The notes under the pieces were generated by a model that saw only the letters and a list, made by a program, of their open reading frames with translations, did no database searches and had not been told where the DNA came from. Shown piece by piece: positions 1 through 7,456 of a DNA stretch of 64,000 bases (position 1 is the first letter of the stretch; each line of letters starts with the position of its first letter). The stretch covers positions 144,194 through 208,193 of the forward strand of contig JBJMGE010000006.1 in the NCBI GenBank assembly GCA_045808085.1. The letters are read 5' to 3'. Source of the stretch: Terriglobales bacterium (GTDB taxonomy: Bacteria > Acidobacteriota > Terriglobia > Terriglobales > Acidobacteriaceae). The translations under genes were made by a program, and so were the position numbers.

Positions 1-84
1 GCAGGCTGGTGTGAAAACTTTTACATCGGCAAGAGATTAGTCGCGTGCCCGCACGAATGCTCAGACTGTTATAGGATTTCAAGT

Positions 85-939
85 ATGTCATCTTCGTCTG
101 TTTCTTCCGCCGTTCGCGAAATCAGCGTTGCTCATAGTCCTGACTCTGACGACGCTTTTATGTTTTACGCCCTGGCCACGAACAAAGTCCGCGTGCCGGG
201 CTTGAAGTTTTCCCATACGCTGACGGACATCGAGACCCTGAACCGCAAAGCCATGGAAGGCTTTTACGACGTGAGCGCCATCTCCTTCCACGCGTATCCG
301 TACGTCCAGGAGAAATACGCGCTGATGCGGTGCGGCGGCAGCGTGGGCGAACAGTACGGACCAATGGTGATTTCTCCGCGCATGGTGGGGCTGGAAGAAC
401 TTAAGACAATGAAGATTGCTGTCCCGGGCACCATGACGACGGCTTATCTTGCGCTGAAACTCTTTGCGCCGAAAATTGAGACCGCAGTGGTGCCGTTTGA
501 TCGCATTATTCCGGAAGTTGTGGCCGGCAAGTATGAAGCGGGGCTGATTATCCATGAAGGGCAGCTTACGTATGAGCGCTCAGGGCTGAAACGCATTCTG
601 GATCTGGGAAGATGGTGGCATGAGCAAACCGGACTGCCGCTGCCGCTGGGCGGAAACGCTATTCGTCGAGAACTGGGGCCGGAGTTGATTGCGCAAGTGA
701 CGAAGGCGTTGCGAGACAGTATTCAGTATGCGCTTGATCATCGCGAACCCGCGCTGGCCTATGCCATGCAGTTTGCGCGTGATCTGGATCCGCAGATGGC
801 AGACCGCTTTGTGGGAATGTACGTGAACAATCGGACGCTGGATTATGGTGAAGACGGAAAACGCGCCGTGGTGAAGCTTCTGGATATGGGCTACCAGGCC
901 GGCATTATTCCGCACAAGCCAGCTGTTGAGTTTGTATAA
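85..939 (+). CDS. MqnA/MqnD/SBP-family protein (futalosine-route menaquinone biosynthesis-like)
   Basis: 284-aa ORF with ATG at 85. Motifs 'VAHSPDSDDAFMFYAL' and 'GLIIHEGQLTY' match my recollection of the MqnA/MqnD family. The paralog cannot be resolved by eye. Confidence 0.6.
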   Translation: MSSSSVSSAVREISVAHSPDSDDAFMFYALATNKVRVPGLKFSHTLTDIETLNRKAMEGFYDVSAISFHAYPYVQEKYALMRCGGSVGEQYGPMVISPRMVGLEELKTMKIAVPGTMTTAYLALKLFAPKIETAVVPFDRIIPEVVAGKYEAGLIIHEGQLTYERSGLKRILDLGRWWHEQTGLPLPLGGNAIRRELGPELIAQVTKALRDSIQYALDHREPALAYAMQFARDLDPQMADRFVGMYVNNRTLDYGEDGKRAVVKLLDMGYQAGIIPHKPAVEFV

Positions 940-956
940 GCTGGACGCACCAATAA

Positions 957-996
957 GAAAAGACGCAGGCTTGAAAACCTGCGTCTTTTTGTTTTG
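957..996. terminator. Intrinsic terminator hairpin between convergent genes
   Basis: Stem agacgcagg (961-969) pairs with cctgcgtct (978-986) around an 8-nt loop, followed by ttttgttttg. It lies between the stops at 939 (+) and 1005 (-). Confidence 0.7.
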
Positions 997-1004
997 CTGA
1001 ATCT

Positions 1005-1400
1005 TTAGTACCGACGGCCTCCGCCACCACCACCACCGCGATTGCCGCCTCTTCCCCCACCGCCACCACCACGGCCAAAACCTCCTCCGCCTCCACCGCC
1101 GCGGCCAAAGCCTCCACCTCCACCGCCGCGACTAAATCCTCCACCGCCGCCGCCGGTTTTCGGACGTGCTTCATTCACGTTCAACGCGCGCGATCCCAGT
1201 TGGTATCCATTCATCGCGCTGATGGCTTTTTCTGCTTCTTCGTCATTTGCCATTTCCACAAAGCCAAAGCCGCGCGGCTGTCCGGTATCGCGGTCTTTCA
1301 AAACAGTGACATTTTCGACCTGCCCGTACGCTGCAAAAGCCTGCCGAAGCTCATCTTCACTGACGTTAAAATCCAGATTGCCTACATAAATATTCTTCAT
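1005..1400 (-). CDS. RRM-domain RNA-binding protein with Gly/Arg-rich (RGG) C-terminal tail
   Basis: 131 aa. RNP2 'IYVGNL' and RNP1 'RGFGFVEM' are present, followed by a ~45-residue tail of GGGGG/RGG/F repeats. Confidence 0.9.
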   Translation of the reverse strand: MKNIYVGNLDFNVSEDELRQAFAAYGQVENVTVLKDRDTGQPRGFGFVEMANDEEAEKAISAMNGYQLGSRALNVNEARPKTGGGGGGFSRGGGGGGFGRGGGGGGGFGRGGGGGGRGGNRGGGGGGGRRY

Positions 1401-1644
1401 GCGATCCTTCTTTACTGGAGTGCAGGCGCCTAGCTACGGGCGATCATTCGATTGCTAATTTGAACGAATGACAATCATCTAACCTGCCATTCGCGCCTGT
1501 TGAACCCAATAAGCCTACGCCTGAGGGGTAACAAGATGCAAATGGCTCAGCCACGTTTCCTGCTCGCCGGCAACAATATCCCCACTTTGAATTTTTGCGA
1601 TTCTTCCGCCTTCACGGGACTATAATTCCCGCAGGAGGACTACC

Positions 1645-1977
1645 ATGTGGCCTCTAAGCCTTCTCTTATTTGTTGCGACGGCTGCTCCCCAGCAGCAACC
1701 GCTCAATGTCTCCCAGGATTTTCTCGCCTCTCGATCACCTGCCATGCAGCACGCGCAGCCTGATCTCACAATTATCCCCAAGCTGATCGATGACACTCGG
1801 CGCAACACGTGTTACACGATGCGCAGCTATTTCTTCCGTCGCCAGGATGGTCAAGCGCCTGTGCCCGCTGGCATGACCACGTGCACACCCGCCCGCGTAT
1901 CGCAGCAAAGACAAGTATCGCCCCGACCAAGCGTCAAATTTGTTCCGCTTGGCGCAATACGCAGCGACGACCAATAA
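1645..1977 (+). CDS. Hypothetical secreted protein
   Basis: ATG is preceded by AGGAGG (7-nt spacer) and a perfect TATAAT at 1621-1626. The N-terminus 'MWPLSLLLFVATAAP' is hydrophobic. No family recognised. Confidence 0.4.
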   Translation: MWPLSLLLFVATAAPQQQPLNVSQDFLASRSPAMQHAQPDLTIIPKLIDDTRRNTCYTMRSYFFRRQDGQAPVPAGMTTCTPARVSQQRQVSPRPSVKFVPLGAIRSDDQ

Positions 1978-2105
1978 AATGTGACAAAAATCGCAAGCCG
2001 CTGGCCACCGATCCCGAAGCCCTAAAGGATAGTGGCGGCAGCATGTATTGAATTGCTCGCCACTTTTCATACTCCATTAACATTGGCTCTGTACGCTGAA
2101 CGTGT

Positions 2106-2873
2106 ATGGGCGCCCTCAATAGAACGCTTCCGCGGACGGACCAAGCTCTAGACCAAGAACTCCCCACGGCAGTCAACGGCAAGCCAGGAATTTTTGTCGT
2201 TGAAGACGACGCTGACATTGCACGTTTAGTGCGTCATCATCTTGAAGCCGCTGGATATCGCACGCGGGTTTATGCCACCGCGCGTGCCGTCTTGGCGGAC
2301 GCGCTCCGTGACCGTCCTGCTTTGCTGCTGCTGGATATCATGGTCCCCGGCGGAGACGGAATCGAACTCTGCCGTCAGATACGCCAGTCGGGAGAAGCGC
2401 TCCGCGGTACGCCGATCGTCTTTATGACGGCGCGGAGCAGCGAAGCCGACCGCATACGCGGCCTTGAGATCGGCGCAGACGACTACATCACCAAGCCGTT
2501 CAGTCCGCGCGAGCTGGTGGCGCGAGTAAAAGCCGTATTGCGGCGCTGTGAATCGCCTTCTGCTCCCACGGTGATCCGCGCGGGCGAGTTGGAAATCGAC
2601 GCGCTCTCCATGGTGCTCACCGTGCGCGGCACGGTAATCACCGCCACGGCAACCGAATTTCGCTTGCTGCATTATCTGGCGCGCCACGCCGGCCGCGTTT
2701 TCACCCGTGACCAGATTCTTGACGCGGTCTGGAAAGACACCGCCTTCGTCAGCCCGCGCTCCGTGGATGTCTATGTAAGAAAGCTGCGGTCCAAGATTGA
2801 AGTTGATCCGGAGCAGCCCCGATATCTGCGCACAGTCCGCGGCGCGGGGTACCGCTTTGAATCCCCAAAATAG
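2106..2873 (+). CDS. OmpR/PhoB-family response regulator (receiver + winged-helix)
   Basis: Receiver motifs 'FVVEDD', 'LLLLDIMVPGGDG' and 'TKPF'. The C-terminal winged helix carries 'LTATEFRLLHYL...VDVYVRKLRSKIE...TVRGAGYRF'. Confidence 0.9.
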   Translation: MGALNRTLPRTDQALDQELPTAVNGKPGIFVVEDDADIARLVRHHLEAAGYRTRVYATARAVLADALRDRPALLLLDIMVPGGDGIELCRQIRQSGEALRGTPIVFMTARSSEADRIRGLEIGADDYITKPFSPRELVARVKAVLRRCESPSAPTVIRAGELEIDALSMVLTVRGTVITATATEFRLLHYLARHAGRVFTRDQILDAVWKDTAFVSPRSVDVYVRKLRSKIEVDPEQPRYLRTVRGAGYRFESPK

Positions 2874-3018
2874 TGAATCTTCCTTGGTTCCTGCTCATCT
2901 ATATACCTCAAAACAATCGCTTTGCGCAGATTCACGCAAATTGCATTTAGTTTTCATTGCGCGTTAACCGGCCACTGTTATTCTCGTCTAATAAAGTAAC
3001 CCTCAGAAAAGGTGTTGT

Positions 3019-3705
3019 ATGGCATCTCAGGCAGTAAAGGCGCAAACAGCGGAAAACAAAGTCAACAGTTTGCTTATCACCATGGGCGTTAAAGTGGATG
3101 AAGCCGTCAATCGCGCGATTGCGGCGCTTCTCCATGCGGACTCACACGTGGTTGCGGGCGTTCTGGAAAGTTCAATCGCCATTCAGGAACTGGAATTTGC
3201 CTTCGATCAAGAGGTCTTTTCAGCATTGGAACGCGGGTCTCTGGCATCTTCGGAAGCCGGGCGTCTCACCTCGGCTGTAAACATCAGCAAAGATCTCGCT
3301 CAGCTCGGCGTCCTGGCCGCAAATCTGGGACGCAAGGTTTCGGAAGTGGGAAAACATCATGAGCATGAGGATTTTTCCCGGCTTCAACCGCTGGCTATCG
3401 CCGTCTCTCATCTCTGCCGGCAAACCCTGCGCTCGCTGGTGCGTCTTGATCCAGTGCTGGCCCGCAACGCCGCCCAGGGCGGAGCTTCCGTCGATGCCTA
3501 TCGTGACTATGTTTTGCGCGGCCTAAGCAAGCCCGAGCCGCACGTTCCAGAATCACAAGTTAAAGACGAGCAGGACCTCCATCTGATCTTTGCTTCGCGC
3601 TGCCTGGAGCAATTGGCTGACAACGCGATCCATTTGGCAGGGAACATCGTCACCTTCCTCGAAGCTCACCATGAGCAGGAAGACCCGGAAAGCATGGCTT
3701 CCTGA
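3019..3705 (+). CDS. PhoU-like regulatory protein
   Basis: 228 aa. By eye it aligns to the two-repeat PhoU pattern (MG..V...L..A..AL...D......V.E.D..I...E..D.E, then LA..A..I). It follows the PhoB-like regulator directly. Confidence 0.55.
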   Translation: MASQAVKAQTAENKVNSLLITMGVKVDEAVNRAIAALLHADSHVVAGVLESSIAIQELEFAFDQEVFSALERGSLASSEAGRLTSAVNISKDLAQLGVLAANLGRKVSEVGKHHEHEDFSRLQPLAIAVSHLCRQTLRSLVRLDPVLARNAAQGGASVDAYRDYVLRGLSKPEPHVPESQVKDEQDLHLIFASRCLEQLADNAIHLAGNIVTFLEAHHEQEDPESMAS

Positions 3706-3894
3706 GAACCATCTAAACAACCGTCTTAACACCATCATCTCTCCCTAAAACGTCTTAACAACCGTCATCTCTCCCTCGTATCCCGAGAGCCCGTCGGCGA
3801 GCACAAGCTTTCTTCATTGTGCGAGCAGGGCCGAAAGACCTCGTGTTTTTCCGATGTAAAACTCGCGCTTCGACAGTGTCTTTAACTTCTGAGA

Positions 3895-4078
3895 TCTCGC
3901 GCGTTCAGGGCGATTGCCAGCAATTGTCCCTATCTCTCCGCGTCCTCTGTGGTTCCGATTTTGATTTGCGAATGTCTTCCGATCAGTCTGGTCAGTGTTA
4001 TCGGTAGTAAGTTTCTGATTTTCCTGATCAGCGTTCATCTGCGCAAATCTGCGGCAAAATCTTTCTGTTCTTCTCCGC
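3895..4078. repeat. REP/MITE-like ~185-bp repeat, copy 1
   Basis: Direct repeat of 4253-4437. The core 3945-4078 is near-identical to 4302-4437 and includes 'cgatcagtctggtcagtgtta' and 'cctgatcagcgttcatctgcgcaaatctgcgg'. Confidence 0.85.
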
Positions 4079-4252
4079 TACGGGGTGGGGCAGACATTTA
4101 TTCCTGCGGTACTCTGCTATAAGTCCGCTTGGCTTTAGCCTCTGAGGTTTTTCTAGGGCTCACCACAGTGAACTGCTCCACATGGACGCCGCCAAAGCGG
4201 TTTGGAGCGTAGCCAGAAAATAACGATCCAGCAGCAGTTTCCAACTATGAGG

Positions 4253-4437
4253 TCTCGCGCGGTCAGGCCCATGCCAGGAATTGTCTTATCTCCTCGGTGT
4301 TCCTCTGTGGTTCCGACCTCAATTTGCCAATGTCTTCCGATCAGTCTGGTCAGTGTTACCGGTAGTAAGTTTCTGATTTTTCCTGATCAGCGTTCATCTG
4401 CGCAAATCTGCGGTAAAATCTTTCTGTTCTTCTCCGC
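4253..4437. repeat. REP/MITE-like ~185-bp repeat, copy 2
   Basis: Same orientation as copy 1, 358 bp downstream. A separate 20-bp direct repeat 'atccagcagcagtttccaac' occurs at 4226-4245 and 4487-4506. Confidence 0.85.
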
Positions 4438-4589
4438 GTCTCCCTGGTGGATGTTCCAGCGCTTGTGAGCGAAGCGGCAAAAAACCATCCAGCAGCAGTT
4501 TCCAACCTTTTCGCGTTCGCATCCTACTAATAGGACACGGTATATCTAGCTTTGCCGTGACCAAAAAGCACTCCAGAAAAGGAGCTGCA

Positions 4590-4844
4590 ATGCGTTTGGT
4601 AGACAATCTCCGTAAGGCTGAAGAAAAAGGCGTAATGCACATTCGGCGAGGCGTAAATCGCGCTCGCGAAGAATGGGCTGATGTTGAACGCCGTATTCGA
4701 CAGCGAATGCGTATTTATCCACACAAACAACGGGCTGCTGCGGCCGCGGTCGGCAGGATCAACCTGGATCAGGATATTCCAGAGCATCCGTCGGACGAGC
4801 CACGCACACCAATCATCTCAATTCGCGGGCGGGACCTGAACTGA
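4590..4844 (+). CDS. Hypothetical small basic protein
   Basis: ATG at 4590 is preceded by 'aaaaggag'. 84 aa, Arg-rich ('RRGVNRAREEWADVERRIRQRMR'). No family recognised. Confidence 0.4.
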   Translation: MRLVDNLRKAEEKGVMHIRRGVNRAREEWADVERRIRQRMRIYPHKQRAAAAAVGRINLDQDIPEHPSDEPRTPIISIRGRDLN

Positions 4845-4878
4845 GCTATTGTCCTGACCATTACTTCGCTAAACCAGC

Positions 4879-4922
4879 AAGGCCGGCAAATCCTCGATTG
4901 AGGAAGCTGGCCTTCAGTTTTT
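4879..4922 (+). terminator. Candidate intrinsic terminator
   Basis: aaggcc (4879-4884) pairs with ggcctt (4909-4914), with an inner cctc/gagg stem, followed by cagttttt. Confidence 0.4.
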
Positions 4923-5017
4923 GAGTTCCTCTTTGAATCCGGAGAAACTCGGGTACTCGTACAGTTTGAACTTCAGTGGCCTTAACTTTGGTCGCTGAGT
5001 TGTGTAATCATTTCTGC

Positions 5018-5170
5018 ATGAAACCCAGAAGATCATCCATTAAAGATTCCCTGCAGAAAGCAGCCCGCAACCGCCGGAAAGCGAAACAGGCCAAAAAGAA
5101 TGCGACCCGCCGGGAAGACGTGAACCAATCCGCTGCGCGAATCGTCAAGGAAGCCACGAAAAATAATTAG
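5018..5170 (+). CDS. Hypothetical Lys/Arg-rich small protein (50 aa)
   Basis: Internal ATG of ORF 4976-5170, 'MKPRRSSIKDSLQKAARNRRKAKQAKKNATRRED...'. Support is weak (ORF only). Confidence 0.25.
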   Translation: MKPRRSSIKDSLQKAARNRRKAKQAKKNATRREDVNQSAARIVKEATKNN

Positions 5171-5356
5171 CCGCCAATTCGCAATGGTGGGCTTTTCCTC
5201 TCTGCATCAAAAAGTGGCAACTCCACTTGCCTCGGCAAACGCCATTCGACGGCATTGAATTTTCAAACTGTACCACTGCGGAAAGTTCAGACAAGTGAAA
5301 TCACTTTTTAGAGAAGTCCAAATCGAGAGCCGCCCTGGAGTTTTTCCCGGTAATGG

Positions 5357-5390
5357 AAAAGGACGGCCTGCTGGGGCCGCCCTTTGTTTT
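5357..5390. terminator. Hairpin terminator between convergent small ORF and csp
   Basis: aaaggacggcc (5358-5368) pairs with ggccgcccttt (5375-5385) at 10 of 11 bp, flanked by T/A runs on both strands. Confidence 0.45.
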
Positions 5391-5408
5391 CCAAAAATCT
5401 TGTTGCTC

Positions 5409-5609
5409 TTACAGCACCTGTACGTTCTCTGCCTGCAATCCTTTGGGCCCCTTAACCACATTGAACGTAACCGGCTGGCCTTCTTTCAGGCTGCGAAAAC
5501 CATTGGACTGAATCGCGGAGAAGTGCACAAAAACATCTTCCCCATTTTCCCTTGAGATAAAGCCAAAACCTTTTGCATCATTAAACCACTTTACTGTTCC
5601 TTGTTCCAT
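5409..5609 (-). CDS. csp: Cold-shock protein, CspA family
   Basis: 66 aa starting at the internal ATG (5609), '[33 protein letters not shown]'. The RNP1/RNP2 motifs KGFGFI and VFVHF are present. Confidence 0.95.
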   Translation of the reverse strand: MEQGTVKWFNDAKGFGFISRENGEDVFVHFSAIQSNGFRSLKEGQPVTFNVVKGPKGLQAENVQVL

Positions 5610-5727
5610 GTGTAGCACGCATTCCTTGTATCTGAAATTTGCGCTTTTCTGAGGGGTAGTGCAGGCAGTTGCAGGGGGTGCATTTGCTGCTGTACAACGC
5701 TTCTGAAACAACGCGAGGGGTATTATA
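5610..5727 (-). promoter_or_regulatory. csp promoter -10 plus long 5' leader
   Basis: Perfect TATAAT on the minus strand at 5722-5727, with a GAGACA-like -35 about 18 nt upstream. This implies a leader of about 100 nt, as in cspA-type genes. Confidence 0.4.
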
Positions 5728-5816
5728 CCCTTGAAAATCCGGAGTTGTCTCTAATAAATAAGTGCCGGCTTAGAAGCCGGAAACTGTCCATATGATACCT
5801 TGGAATAGAGAGCTAA

Positions 5817-6197
5817 ATGATTGTAGGGACTGGGGTTGACATCACTGAAGTAAAGAGAATTCAAGCTGCCGTAGAGCGCTTTGGTCAGCGTTTTCTCAAG
5901 CGCGTTTTCACTCCCGCCGAGCTGCGATACTGCATGGCCAAGCCCAACGCCTCTGAGCGCCTGGCCGCCCGCTTTGCTGCCAAGGAGGCCGGAATGAAAG
6001 CCATCGGAACCGGGCTGCGCCACGGCGTGACCTGGCAGGATGTTGAGGTGGTCCGCTTCCCCGGGCAGCGTCCTGAATTGCAATTTCACGGCAAGGCGGC
6101 AGAATTTGCCGCGCGCTTCGGCTGCAAACGCACTCATCTCTCGCTTTCCCATACTAAGGAGCAGGCGATTGCGTATGTGATCTTGGAGAGTGAGTAG
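5817..6197 (+). CDS. acpS: Holo-[acyl-carrier-protein] synthase
   Basis: 126 aa, 'MIVGTGVDITEVKRI...RFAAKEA..KA.G...' and 'LSLSHTKEQAIAYVILE', the typical AcpS pattern. Confidence 0.9.
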   Translation: MIVGTGVDITEVKRIQAAVERFGQRFLKRVFTPAELRYCMAKPNASERLAARFAAKEAGMKAIGTGLRHGVTWQDVEVVRFPGQRPELQFHGKAAEFAARFGCKRTHLSLSHTKEQAIAYVILESE

Positions 6198-6264
6198 CTA
6201 GCTTTAATCCTATCCAGTCATGAGCGAAATGGCCATTGTTACGCCAGCGTACAAGTTTAGCTGC

Positions 6265-7266
6265 TCACCAGAAATTCCTGTGCTGGATGATGATCAAGTG
6301 CGGATTGGCGACGTTCAGCGGTGTGCCATCCTTGGTAAATCTCACCTGCACGATGTACTTCTTGCCAGCTTGTCCCGCGAAACTTCCGAGAGACTTGTAA
6401 ATGTACTTATTTTCAAATGCGCATGCACAACTATCGGGAATCGAGCCGTTACCGACGAGCTGTTCGCCATCCCACACTGTCCAGTCCGCTTGAAGGAGTG
6501 GATCATTGCTACTGCAATGATTCGACTCGAGCGGACCCGAAGTGACACCCATCATGCACTGCATTTGAAGGAACGGGAGGGGCTTCTCTGCCTGAACGAT
6601 AATGTCATACCATTCCGAGGTGACAGAGAACTCAGGCGTTTGAACAGTGCCCGGTACGAGCGATACGGGCATATCAACGTCGGAATGCCGATACTGGTGC
6701 AGTTTGCGATTTCCGGCATTCGCTTTCAGACCGGCAAGAGCATCCCTGGGATTAAGCTCCCTCTGTGGATGTCTCGTTTCACGTTTCTCTTCATACTCAG
6801 GTTGTAGCTGAATTTCGATAAGGCTTTCTTTCGGCGCAGTATCCGAGACTACCACGGTTCCAACGGTTGAATGGAATCCGTCCTTAGTGGCTTTGAACCG
6901 GTACGTGCCGGGGGAAACAGCAGAATCATGGATTATCTGATGCAAGCGTGGATGTACCAACGCGCCGAGTGGATCACGCGGGGCCGCAAGCTTGAACGAG
7001 CCATCCCTGTCAGTTGTTGCGCCTTCCTCAACCCCATTCTCCAGCCGAATCCAAAAAGCCGCGCTTTGCAAAGGTGCTTGTTCTGCCGAATGAATCGTTC
7101 CCTTAATTTCTCTAACTACAAATGGAGTTTGGATCTCTACGTCTGTCAATGCAGGCGGCTTCGCTTGCGACTCCGAAGTCTGCTGCGAATGAAGCTTAAC
7201 GCCGGGCCCATAGGACAATGCCATCGACAGGACACAAGCGAGAAGCCGTAAGGTTCTTATCAACAT
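6265..7266 (-). CDS. Secreted hypothetical protein with carboxypeptidase-regulatory-like (Ig-like) domain
   Basis: Start moved to 'MLIRTLRLLACVLSMALS' (signal peptide). 'TDRDGSFKL...PGTYRFKATKDGF' resembles a CarboxypepD_reg fold. The C-terminal Cys-containing domain is unassigned. Confidence 0.55.
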   Translation of the reverse strand: MLIRTLRLLACVLSMALSYGPGVKLHSQQTSESQAKPPALTDVEIQTPFVVREIKGTIHSAEQAPLQSAAFWIRLENGVEEGATTDRDGSFKLAAPRDPLGALVHPRLHQIIHDSAVSPGTYRFKATKDGFHSTVGTVVVSDTAPKESLIEIQLQPEYEEKRETRHPQRELNPRDALAGLKANAGNRKLHQYRHSDVDMPVSLVPGTVQTPEFSVTSEWYDIIVQAEKPLPFLQMQCMMGVTSGPLESNHCSSNDPLLQADWTVWDGEQLVGNGSIPDSCACAFENKYIYKSLGSFAGQAGKKYIVQVRFTKDGTPLNVANPHLIIIQHRNFW

Positions 7267-7456
7267 GAGGTCGCACCTTTCACGGGAAGCTAGTCCAGAG
7301 TATCCGCGAACACATTGGCATACAAGCGGCAAAGAACGGGAAATGACGATAGAACCGCCGTCATTCCAAGTAACTTTTGCTGGATTGCTGATGTAATCAG
7401 GTGTTTACGCTCGACCCGCTAGGCAAACTTCCAGCTGTATGAGAACCTGAATCGAG

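Noticed and set aside
1042-1389. 115-aa poly-proline ORF on the plus strand
   Set aside because: It is the antisense reading of the GGC/CGG-rich glycine tail and RRM of the minus-strand gene. The RRM gene has clear RNP motifs, and the Pro-rich frame has no start context.
3814-4468. ORFs 3814-4038 (-), 3819-4007 (+) and 4202-4468 (+)
   Set aside because: They run through the two copies of the 185-bp repeat and give low-complexity translations. The repeats explain them better than coding does.
6220-6807. 195-aa plus-strand ORF
   Set aside because: It lies entirely antisense to the 6265-7266 gene, which has a signal peptide and a recognisable domain. It is a typical shadow ORF in GC-rich DNA.
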